Shown in pieces: positions 56,336-64,000 of a DNA stretch of 64,000 bases. The notes beneath the pieces were generated by a model that was not told the DNA's origin, did not search any database, and saw nothing but the letters and a program-made list of their open reading frames with translations. The stretch spans positions 23,764-87,763 of the forward strand of contig CAAFTW010000046.1 of assembly GCA_900766045.1 (NCBI GenBank), given 5' to 3'. Source of the DNA: Clostridia bacterium (GTDB lineage: Bacteria > Bacillota > Clostridia > Peptostreptococcales > Anaerovoracaceae). How positions within the stretch are numbered: position 1 is the first letter of the stretch; each line of letters opens with the position of its first letter. Both the position numbers and the translations under genes were made by a program.

Positions 56336-59300
56336 ACTGATTCAGGATTTTGTCAGCTGGAACAGATTACCGGAAGAGAAGAAAGAACAGATGGAGTGCG
56401 TCATTGAGGACGCGCAGATCAGAAAAGAAACAGGCGTACTGTCGATGGACATGCGCCTGAATTTTATCGTGCCTGCAGAAGATGACCGGAAGCTGAAAGA
56501 GGCAGTGGTACGCCAGCTGCAGGGACTTTCGGGTGTAGAGCTCCACTATCACTATGACCGGGACCAGATGGTGCTTTCTGAAGAGGAAATTCTGGAGCTT
56601 TATCTGCCGCGCCTGATCAGAGAGTCCGGATCCATCGGAAAAGTCGCCTTTGATCCGTCCAGAGTGAAGATTGAGGGACGTACAGCCGTTCTCGGATCTT
56701 TCGGACGGATGGCGACGGAGAAGATGAATGAAGAGCTTTCCTCTGAACTTGCTCAGAAAGTAAGAGAGACTTTCGGATTTACCTGCAGCGTTCGTTTTGA
56801 GAATGATGAAGAGCGTTATAAAGAGGTAGGTGAAAAAAGAAAGCGGGAGCTTTCACAGGATGAGATATTTTCTTCTCCGGGTTCTGATCCGTATTATGAT
56901 GCGGCAGCAGATACCGGATTTGACGCTTACGACCAGAGCATGAGAGATGCCCAGGGAACGGACGCAGACCAGCTTCTGGCGGCTTACGGAGGAGGCATGT
57001 CTTCTACCGATGCAGGCGCAGGAGAAATTCCGCCCTGGGAAGATGGTTCGCAGGCGCAGCCTGCTGCAGCGGCACCGTCCGGCCTGTCCCGGTCCAGAAA
57101 AGAAGGATCCGGCACCGGCCATGCCAGAAAAGCACGCCCGTCTGCAGGCCGTTCCTCAGGCGGCATGAAAAGAGGCACCGAAGTTGTATTGGGACGGGGA
57201 ATCCATGGAGAATCCACACCGCTGATGCAGCTGACACCGGAGAGCGGCAAAGTCGTTATCGAAGGAATTGTTTTCCATAAGGAGAACAGGCCGATCAAAA
57301 ACAACAAGCAGATTGTCACCCTGCTCATTACCGATAAAAAGTCATCCACTTGCGTTAAAGCCTTTGTCAAAAATGAAAAGTGGGATGACATCGACAAGCG
57401 GATCAATGAAGGCGACTACATCATCTGCCAGGGAGAAACGGAATGGAGTAAGTACGACAACGCGCTGAATGTCATCGTCCGCGATATTTCTAAGGGAGAG
57501 GGAATCCCGGAAAGAAAGGATAGCTGGGAGCATGGCCGCCGCGTGGAGCTTCACTGCCATACCAAGATGAGCGCCATGGACGCTCTGAATGACCCGGAAC
57601 GCATCGTGCAGCTGGCTTCCGACTGGGGCCAGCCGGCCGTTGCCATTACTGACCACGGCGTCGTCCAGTCCTTCCCGGATGCAGCGGCCATCGCCGGAAA
57701 GCTGGCAAAAAAAGGAAAGCCGATCAAGGTCATTTACGGCATGGAGGGCTATCTCTATGACGATGAAGGCTGCATCGACGCTGACGGAAATATCGATTAT
57801 AAGAAGAAAAAGGGAACGAACCACATCATCTTGCTCTGCCGCACCCAGCACGGCCTGAGGAACCTGTATAAGCTCGTTTCCATCTCTCATGTAAAATACT
57901 TCTACAAGAAGCCGAGAATCCCGAGAACCGTTCTGGATAAATACAGGGACGGTCTGATTGTCGGCTCCGCCTGCGAAGCGGGAGAAGTCTATCGTGCGCT
58001 GGAACAGGGAAAGTCCGATGAAGAGGTCGCGGAAATCGCGAAATACTACGATTATCTGGAAATCCAGCCCCTGATCAATAACCGCTTTATGCTGGACTCT
58101 GATAAATTCCCGGACGTCAACAGCTGGGACGACCTGAAAGAGTATAATAAGAGGATCGTCCATATCGCAGATATGCTGGACAAGCCGGTCTGCGCGACGA
58201 CAGATGCCCACTACGACGAGCCGGATTCTGCCATCTACAGAAACATCCTGCTCTACGGCATGGGATTTAAGGACGCGGAAAACGGCCAGGGCCTGTATTT
58301 AAGAACTACGGACGAGATGATTAAGGAATTCTCCTACCTGGGAGAAGACATGGCCCAGAAAGTTGTCGTCGATAACACCAATAAGATTGCAGACTGGGTT
58401 GAAGAAGGGATCAAGCCGGTTCCGGATGAGAAATGTCCGCCGAAAATCGACGGCGCGGAAGAAGAACTGTATAATAAGTGTTTCGAGAGAGCCCACCGGA
58501 TTTACGGTGATCCGCTTCCGGAAAAGATCCAGAAGCGCCTGGATACAGAGCTGAACGCGATCATCAGCAACGGTTACGCGGTCATGTACGTTTCTGCAGA
58601 ACGTCTGGTAAACAAGTCCCTGCAGGATGGCTATCTGGTCGGATCCAGAGGATCCGTCGGTTCGTCCTTTGCAGCTACCATGGCGGGAATCACCGAGGTC
58701 AATCCCCTTGACCCGCATTATATTTGTCCTAACTGCAAGCACCTGGAGTGGGGCGACATGACCAAGTACGATAATGGTCTGGATATGCCGCCGAAGAAGT
58801 GCCCGGAGTGCGGCGCGGAGATGAAGCGTGACGGTTTCACGATTCCGTTCGCGACTTTCCTGGGATTTAAGGGAAATAAAGAGCCGGATATTGACTTGAA
58901 TTTCGCGGGCGAGTACCAGGCGAGGGCGCATAAATACGTCGGCGTGATTTTCGGAGAGAAGAATGTATTCAAGGCTGGAACTGTAGGCACCATCGCCGAG
59001 AAGACCGCTTACGGATACGTACGCCGCTTTTTCGAGGAGACCGGGCGTCCGGTCAATAAGTTCGAGATCGACCGTCTGACGGAAGGCTGCACGGGCGTAA
59101 AGCGCACCACGGGCCAGCATCCGGGCGGAATCATCATCGTGCCGAGAGACCACGATATTTTCGAGTTCTGCCCGATCCAGCATCCGGCGAACGACACGAA
59201 GACGGACATTATCACCACGCATTTCGATTACCATAAGATCGATAAGAACCTGCTGAAGCTGGATATTCTGGGACACACTGTCCCGTCCATGATCCGTCAG

Positions 59301-60311
59301 CTGCAGGACATGACCGGAGTGGATCCGCTTCATGTCGACCTGACCGACCAGAAGGTACTGAGCATTTTCAACGGGACAGAGGCTCTGGACATCAAGGACC
59401 CGAACTACCGCTTCCGTCACGGGACCTTTGCGATTCCGGAGTTCGGCACGGGATTCACTCGTCAGATGCTGGACGACGTAAAGCCGAAGCGTTTTGAGGA
59501 CCTGGTCAGAATGTCCGGATTCTCTCACGGAACCGATGTATGGCTGAACAACGCTCAGGAATATATCCGGAACGGCACGGCCACCATGCGTGAAGTCATT
59601 TCCACCCGAGACGATATTATGAACTTCTGCATCGCCCACGGCATTGAGAACGAGACCTCCTTCCGCATCATGGAGGAGACTCGTAAGAAGAACCTGATTC
59701 TGACCGAGGAACATAAGCAGGTCATGCGCGACCACGGCATCCCGCAGTGGTACATCGATTCCTGCTCCAAGATCAAGTACATGTTCCCGCGGGCCCACGC
59801 GGTGGCCTACGTCATGATGTCCTTCCGTATGGCCTGGTATAAGGTGTATTATCCGGTTCCCTTCTACGCGACTTACTTCACCAGCGTGCTGGCCGACTTT
59901 GACGCCGAGACTGCGCTGAAGGGAAAAGAAGCTGTCTTGAGGAAGATGGACGAGATCAATATGAAGGGAAACAATGCCACGGCCAAGGAGAAAGACAGCG
60001 AGACCGTTCTGGAAGTCATTTACGAGATGTTCGCCAGGGGCTATGAGTTCCTTCCGGCGGAGCTGGGTTCCTCCTATGCGGAGCGCTTTTGGGAGAAGGA
60101 CGGCAAGGTTCTGCTTCCCTTCGCGGCCTATGAGGGTGTCGGCGCTGCTGCGGCCAATCAGCTGGTGGATGCCTATAAGGAGAAGCCGTTTGATACCGTG
60201 GAAGACTGCCAGACGAGAGCGCATCTGGGAAAGAGTGTCATAGAAACCCTGCGGAGTCATGGGATTTTTGAGGGACTTCCGGAAACCGATCAGATCTGCT
60301 GGGCAATTTAA
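56328..60311 (+). CDS. polC: PolC-type DNA polymerase III alpha subunit that appears to lack the internal 3'-5' exonuclease domain
   Basis: N-terminal domain, OB fold, PHP (RVELHCHTKMS...ITDHGVVQSFPD), polymerase core (GSRGSVGSS, Zn finger CPNCKH...CPECG, PDIDLNF, HPGGIIIV) and C-terminal tail are all collinear with PolC. Where the DEDDh exonuclease normally sits (between VIYGMEGY and NLYKLVSISHVKYFY) there are only about 25 residues. The likely start is the TTG at 56328 (ribosome-binding site GAAGGAG; gives MNKLIQDF...). The ORF track begins at the GTG at 56310. Confidence 0.85.
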   Translation: MNKLIQDFVSWNRLPEEKKEQMECVIEDAQIRKETGVLSMDMRLNFIVPAEDDRKLKEAVVRQLQGLSGVELHYHYDRDQMVLSEEEILELYLPRLIRESGSIGKVAFDPSRVKIEGRTAVLGSFGRMATEKMNEELSSELAQKVRETFGFTCSVRFENDEERYKEVGEKRKRELSQDEIFSSPGSDPYYDAAADTGFDAYDQSMRDAQGTDADQLLAAYGGGMSSTDAGAGEIPPWEDGSQAQPAAAAPSGLSRSRKEGSGTGHARKARPSAGRSSGGMKRGTEVVLGRGIHGESTPLMQLTPESGKVVIEGIVFHKENRPIKNNKQIVTLLITDKKSSTCVKAFVKNEKWDDIDKRINEGDYIICQGETEWSKYDNALNVIVRDISKGEGIPERKDSWEHGRRVELHCHTKMSAMDALNDPERIVQLASDWGQPAVAITDHGVVQSFPDAAAIAGKLAKKGKPIKVIYGMEGYLYDDEGCIDADGNIDYKKKKGTNHIILLCRTQHGLRNLYKLVSISHVKYFYKKPRIPRTVLDKYRDGLIVGSACEAGEVYRALEQGKSDEEVAEIAKYYDYLEIQPLINNRFMLDSDKFPDVNSWDDLKEYNKRIVHIADMLDKPVCATTDAHYDEPDSAIYRNILLYGMGFKDAENGQGLYLRTTDEMIKEFSYLGEDMAQKVVVDNTNKIADWVEEGIKPVPDEKCPPKIDGAEEELYNKCFERAHRIYGDPLPEKIQKRLDTELNAIISNGYAVMYVSAERLVNKSLQDGYLVGSRGSVGSSFAATMAGITEVNPLDPHYICPNCKHLEWGDMTKYDNGLDMPPKKCPECGAEMKRDGFTIPFATFLGFKGNKEPDIDLNFAGEYQARAHKYVGVIFGEKNVFKAGTVGTIAEKTAYGYVRRFFEETGRPVNKFEIDRLTEGCTGVKRTTGQHPGGIIIVPRDHDIFEFCPIQHPANDTKTDIITTHFDYHKIDKNLLKLDILGHTVPSMIRQLQDMTGVDPLHVDLTDQKVLSIFNGTEALDIKDPNYRFRHGTFAIPEFGTGFTRQMLDDVKPKRFEDLVRMSGFSHGTDVWLNNAQEYIRNGTATMREVISTRDDIMNFCIAHGIENETSFRIMEETRKKNLILTEEHKQVMRDHGIPQWYIDSCSKIKYMFPRAHAVAYVMMSFRMAWYKVYYPVPFYATYFTSVLADFDAETALKGKEAVLRKMDEINMKGNNATAKEKDSETVLEVIYEMFARGYEFLPAELGSSYAERFWEKDGKVLLPFAAYEGVGAAAANQLVDAYKEKPFDTVEDCQTRAHLGKSVIETLRSHGIFEGLPETDQICWAI

Positions 60312-60325
60312 TGACTGACTGACGC

Positions 60326-60360
60326 CGGTGAATGTTTCGATTATTCACCGGTTCGTTTTA
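60326..60360 (+). terminator. Rho-independent terminator after polC
   Basis: CCGGTGAAT...ATTCACCGG followed by TTCGTTTTAT. Confidence 0.75.
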
Positions 60361-60569
60361 TGACAAAATGAAACTGGCAGAGGAGCACGCGCCGGGCGTG
60401 ATTTTCCATAAAAATACATTACTTATTTTTGAATAATTATGCATGGTTTTCCCTTGGCAGGGTGAGGGCTTTGCCCTTGTAAAAAAAGCACTTGTCATGT
60501 ATACCGGATGATTTGTAAAAAGTACTTTAAAAAGACGGTCGTTGGGTATAAGATAGATATGTTGCAGGA

Positions 60570-60618
60570 ACACAACATATTGTGTAGATGCGGAAAACAA
60601 ATGAACTAGATGTTGTGT
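60570..60618. promoter_or_regulatory. NrdR boxes upstream of nrdD
   Basis: ACACAACATATTGTGT at 60570..60585 closely matches the palindromic NrdR-box consensus (acaCwAtATaTwGtgt). A weaker second box (GAACTAGATGTTGTGT) lies about 33 bp downstream. Confidence 0.6.
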
Positions 60619-60816
60619 CGCAGATGAAACAGGGCACAAGATTGTGATAAACTGAAGTTACGGGACCGCAGAACGGTGCAGCTGTCTGGCTGCAGCGGTG
60701 AAAGCACAGACTGTGGAAAAGCGCGGCCCCGCAGTTTTCTGCGCCCATATGTATACATTAATTATGCACATGGCTGTGGAAAAATGAGAATGTATGTAAG
60801 GTAAAGGAGAGCGGCA

Positions 60817-63006
60817 ATGGGCAGAGAAATTGTTTGCAACGTCATTAAAAGAAGCGGTCAGGAAGTGCCGTTTGACCAGACGAAGATCGTCAATGCGGTC
60901 AGCAAGGCCAATAAAGAAGTGGACCGCATCCATCAGATGAGCCAGTACCAGATCGAAGCCGTTGCGGAAAATGTTACGCAGCAGGTGGAGAAGATGCAGC
61001 GCGCGATTAATGTGGAAGAAATCCAGGACATGGTCGAGAAAGGCATCATGGAAATGCGCGCCTTCGAGGTTGCACAGAAATATGTCCGCTACCGCTACCG
61101 CCGTTCCCTGGCGCGCAAGGCCAACACGACAGACGATGAAATTCTATCCCTGATCGAGCAGGCCAACGAAGAAGTCAAGCAGGAGAATTCCAATAAGAAC
61201 CCGGTGATCAACTCCACGCAGAGAGATTACATGGCCGGTGAAGTCAGCAAGGACCTTTCCCGCCGGGTTCTGCTGCCGGAGGAGATCGTCAGAGCGCATA
61301 ATGAGGGAATCATTCACTTCCATGATATGGATTACTATGCGCAGAAGGAGCACAACTGCGATCTGATCAATCTGGAGGACATGCTGCAGAACGGAACGGT
61401 CATCAGCGAGACCATGATCGAGAAGCCGCACAGCTTCTACACAGCCTGTAACATCACCACACAGATTATCGCTCAGGTTGCCTCCAACCAGTACGGCGGA
61501 CAGTCCTTTACTCTGTCCCATCTGGCACCTTTTGTGGATGTCAGCAGAAAGAAACTGCGCAGACTCGTCGTTCAGGAGTTTGAAGACACCGGCGTTAATG
61601 TTGATGATAAGGTCATCGATGACATTACAGAGATGCGTCTGAAGAAGGAAATTAAAGACGGAATCCAGACCATTCAGTACCAGCTGATCACCCTGATGAC
61701 CTGTAACGGACAGGCACCGTTCGTTACCATGTTCATGTATCTGGATGAGGTTCCGGAAGGACGCACCAGAGACGACCTGGCCATGATGATTGAAGAAGTT
61801 CTGCGTCAGCGCATGCAGGGCGTAAAGAACGAGAAGGGCGTATGGATCACTCCGGCATTCCCGAAGCTGATCTACGTTCTGGATGAGGATAACATCCACG
61901 AGGATTCCAAGTACTTCTATCTGACAAAACTCGCCGCAGAGTGCACCGCCAAGAGAATGGTTCCGGATTATATCTCCGCCAAGATCATGAAGCAGCTGAA
62001 GGACGGTAACGTCTATACCTGCATGGGATGCCGCTCCTTCCTGACGGTTGAGGATTCTCAGCGCAATCCGGACGGCAGCCATAAATTCTACGGCCGCTTC
62101 AACCAGGGCGTTGTTACCATCAATCTGGTCGACGCAGCATGTTCCTCTGAGGGAGATATGGATAAGTTCTGGAAGATCCTGGACGAGCGTCTGGAACTCT
62201 GCCACCGCGCACTGCGCTGCCGCCACGAGAGACTGAAGGGAACCGTTTCCGACGTTGCCCCGATCCTCTGGCAGAACGGAGCCCTGGCACGCCTGAAGAA
62301 GGGCGAGACCATCGACAAGCTCCTGTACGACGGATATTCCACAATCTCTCTGGGATACGCGGGACTCTGCGAGATGTGCTGGAGAATGATCGGAAAGAGT
62401 AATACCTCTGAAGAAGGACGCGAGTTCTGCCTGAAAGTCATGCAGAAACTGAACGATAAGTGTAAAGAGTGGAGAGATGCGGAGAACATCGCCTACTCCG
62501 TTTACGGAACACCGATGGAATCCACAACCTACAAGTTCGCAAAGTGCCTGCAGAGAAGATTCGGCATCATCCCGCATGTCACCGATAAGAACTACATCAC
62601 CAACAGCTACCACGTACACGTTACGGAGTCGATCGACGCTTTCCACAAGCTGAAGTTTGAATCCGAATTCCAGAAGCTGTCCCCGGGCGGAGCCATCAGC
62701 TACGTTGAAGTTCCGAACCTGCAGGACAATATTCCGGCGGTCATCACCGTTATGCAGTACATCTACGATAATATCATGTACGCTGAGCTGAACACCAAGA
62801 GCGATTACTGCGAAGAGTGCGGCTACGATGGCGAAATCAAGATCGTCGAGGATGAGAGCGGCAAGCTCGTCTGGGAGTGCCCGAACTGCGGAAACCGCGA
62901 CCAGAATAAGATGTCCGTTGCCCGCCGCACATGCGGATACATCGGAACCCAGTTCTGGAACCAAGGAAGGACCCAGGAGATCAAGGATCGTGTAATGCAT
63001 CTGTAA
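60817..63006 (+). CDS. nrdD: Anaerobic ribonucleoside-triphosphate reductase (class III, glycyl-radical enzyme)
   Basis: N-terminal ATP-cone, C-terminal Zn ribbon (CEECGY...CPNCG) and the glycyl-radical motif RRTCGYIG. Confidence 0.92.
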   Translation: MGREIVCNVIKRSGQEVPFDQTKIVNAVSKANKEVDRIHQMSQYQIEAVAENVTQQVEKMQRAINVEEIQDMVEKGIMEMRAFEVAQKYVRYRYRRSLARKANTTDDEILSLIEQANEEVKQENSNKNPVINSTQRDYMAGEVSKDLSRRVLLPEEIVRAHNEGIIHFHDMDYYAQKEHNCDLINLEDMLQNGTVISETMIEKPHSFYTACNITTQIIAQVASNQYGGQSFTLSHLAPFVDVSRKKLRRLVVQEFEDTGVNVDDKVIDDITEMRLKKEIKDGIQTIQYQLITLMTCNGQAPFVTMFMYLDEVPEGRTRDDLAMMIEEVLRQRMQGVKNEKGVWITPAFPKLIYVLDEDNIHEDSKYFYLTKLAAECTAKRMVPDYISAKIMKQLKDGNVYTCMGCRSFLTVEDSQRNPDGSHKFYGRFNQGVVTINLVDAACSSEGDMDKFWKILDERLELCHRALRCRHERLKGTVSDVAPILWQNGALARLKKGETIDKLLYDGYSTISLGYAGLCEMCWRMIGKSNTSEEGREFCLKVMQKLNDKCKEWRDAENIAYSVYGTPMESTTYKFAKCLQRRFGIIPHVTDKNYITNSYHVHVTESIDAFHKLKFESEFQKLSPGGAISYVEVPNLQDNIPAVITVMQYIYDNIMYAELNTKSDYCEECGYDGEIKIVEDESGKLVWECPNCGNRDQNKMSVARRTCGYIGTQFWNQGRTQEIKDRVMHL

Positions 63007-63055
63007 AGCAGAATGCAAAATGGTCTGCAAACATAAAAAGCGAAAAAGAGGTCAT

Positions 63056-63100
63056 GGGCCGCTGTGTGAATGGGAATATTCATGCAGCGGCTCTTTTTAT
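63056..63100 (+). terminator. Rho-independent terminator after nrdD
   Basis: GGGCCGCTG...CAGCGGCTC followed by TTTTTATATATTCTTTTT. Confidence 0.75.
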
Positions 63101-63303
63101 ATATTCTTTTTAAAATAGAACTTGCTGCAGTAAATTAGCGCGTCACAGCGTAGTAATAGAACAAATGATATGATCACGGATTACGGAACGGGATACGGAG
63201 TTCTGTAATCCGTTTCTATGTGAACTATATCTTCATCCGGGCTGCTGTATTCTGAAAATATAGCGTGTCTGTTTCGACAAAATGTAACTGTGCAAGATCT
63301 TAG

Positions 63304-63357
63304 TTGACAATATCGATGTTCGATATTAAGATGAAGGTAGAAAGAATATCGATATTC
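63304..63357 (+). promoter_or_regulatory. padR promoter (TTGACA-17-TAAGAT) with two palindromic operators
   Basis: AATATCGA-tgt-TCGATATT (63309..63327) overlaps the -35/-10 spacer. GAATATCGATATTC (63344..63357) lies downstream. Confidence 0.55.
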
Positions 63358-63389
63358 GATAACGTTTACAGGAGAGAGGTTGATGCGGC

Positions 63390-63701
63390 ATGGCAAGGTC
63401 AAAGTTTCAGACGCTGACGGAGCAGATGTTCTACATTCTCCTCTGCTTTCAGGAAGAGTGCTTCGGAACGGAAGTCATGAAGAGTGTCAGGGAGATGACG
63501 GGCGGCAGGGTGAATGTCGGTCCGGGGACGCTGTATAATCTTCTGGAGCAGTTTACGAACGCCGGCATGATTGAACAGACCCGGACAGAGGGCCGGAGGC
63601 GCTGCTACCGCTTGACAGAAACAGGAAGGGAAGCACTCCGGGAGGAGTACGAACGGCTGAAATGCCAGATTCACGATTATGAGCTGTACATCAAGAGCTA
63701 A
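63390..63701 (+). CDS. PadR-family transcriptional regulator
   Basis: Winged HTH (..MKSVREMTGGRVNVGPGTLYNLLEQF..) and about 100 aa length. Ribosome-binding site GGAGAGAGG. Confidence 0.8.
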   Translation: MARSKFQTLTEQMFYILLCFQEECFGTEVMKSVREMTGGRVNVGPGTLYNLLEQFTNAGMIEQTRTEGRRRCYRLTETGREALREEYERLKCQIHDYELYIKS

Positions 63702-63887
63702 TTTTCGGCCTGCTTTTTCCTGAAAGTCCTGAATAACGGGATATAAGGCAGGCTGACTGGATGGATCTGTCGTATCATGACGCAAGTAAACGACTGCCGG
63801 CGGACAAATAACAATTTTCAAGAAAGCGGTCCCCCTGGCCGGTAATGTTTTGTCCGCGGAGAAAATTAAGAGAAAGAAGGCATATTG

Positions 63888-64000
63888 ATGAAAGTACTGT
63901 TATTAAATGGAAGTCCGCATACGCAGGGATGCACGGCACGCGCGCTTCAGGAAGTGGAGAAGACGCTGAATGAGCAGGGCCTGGAGACGGAAGTGATTCA
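63888..64000 (+). CDS. Flavodoxin-like fold / NADPH-dependent FMN reductase family protein (5' fragment, truncated by the window end)
   Basis: MKVLLLNGSPHTQGCTARAL... is the typical N-terminus of NAD(P)H-dependent FMN reductases. Ribosome-binding site AGAAAGAAGG. Confidence 0.6.
   Translation, partial: MKVLLLNGSPHTQGCTARALQEVEKTLNEQGLETEVI

Noticed and set aside
63181-63402. 73-aa minus-strand ORF between nrdD and padR.
   Set aside because: It overlaps the padR promoter and operators, has no ribosome-binding site, and its translation has no recognisable features.

Overview
The window looks like a chromosomal segment from an anaerobic Bacillota (Clostridia-type) genome. Coding regions are moderately GC-rich, intergenic regions are AT-rich, and AGGAGG-type ribosome-binding sites are used throughout. 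I call about 56 protein-coding genes. I found no rRNA, tRNA, CRISPR array or obvious mobile element.

The gene content falls into six blocks:
- 2.0-6.0 kb: glycoconjugate or lipid-modification genes. A C_GCAxxG_C_C protein, a fused DUF2064+GT2 pair of the 'rSAM/selenodomain-associated transferase 1/2' type, a GT1 glycosyltransferase and an SGNH hydrolase.
- 7.1-9.3 kb: an isolated fabD-fabG-fabZ trio.
- 9.4-24 kb: housekeeping genes (xpt, ilvA, sstT, a WYL-domain regulator, nhaC, a lipoprotein nuclease, an ABC exporter).
- 24-45 kb: a dense metal and nitrosative-stress region. It holds zur-znuABC, hcpR-hcp-hemerythrin, a TPP riboswitch with thiD-cytX, csoR-copZ-copA, a DtxR-family repressor and feoA-feoA-feoB.
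- 45-60 kb: rnz, then the conserved pyrH-frr-uppS-cdsA-dxr-rseP-ispG-polC block.
- 60-64 kb: nrdD, a PadR regulator and a truncated flavodoxin-like gene.

The most unusual items:
1. A 908-aa protein that fuses a TetM/EF-G-type translational GTPase to a Rae1/YacP-like NYN endonuclease. It is translationally coupled to a C_GCAxxG_C_C protein and sits just upstream of pyrH-frr.
2. A PolC that sits in its normal conserved position but appears to lack the whole 3'-5' proofreading exonuclease insertion.
3. An EndA-like lipoprotein nuclease carrying a C-terminal Ada-type zinc ribbon.
4. Two GC-rich, apparently structured non-coding leaders, upstream of nhaC and upstream of the GTPase-NYN operon.
5. 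A roughly 21-nt motif that recurs three times.
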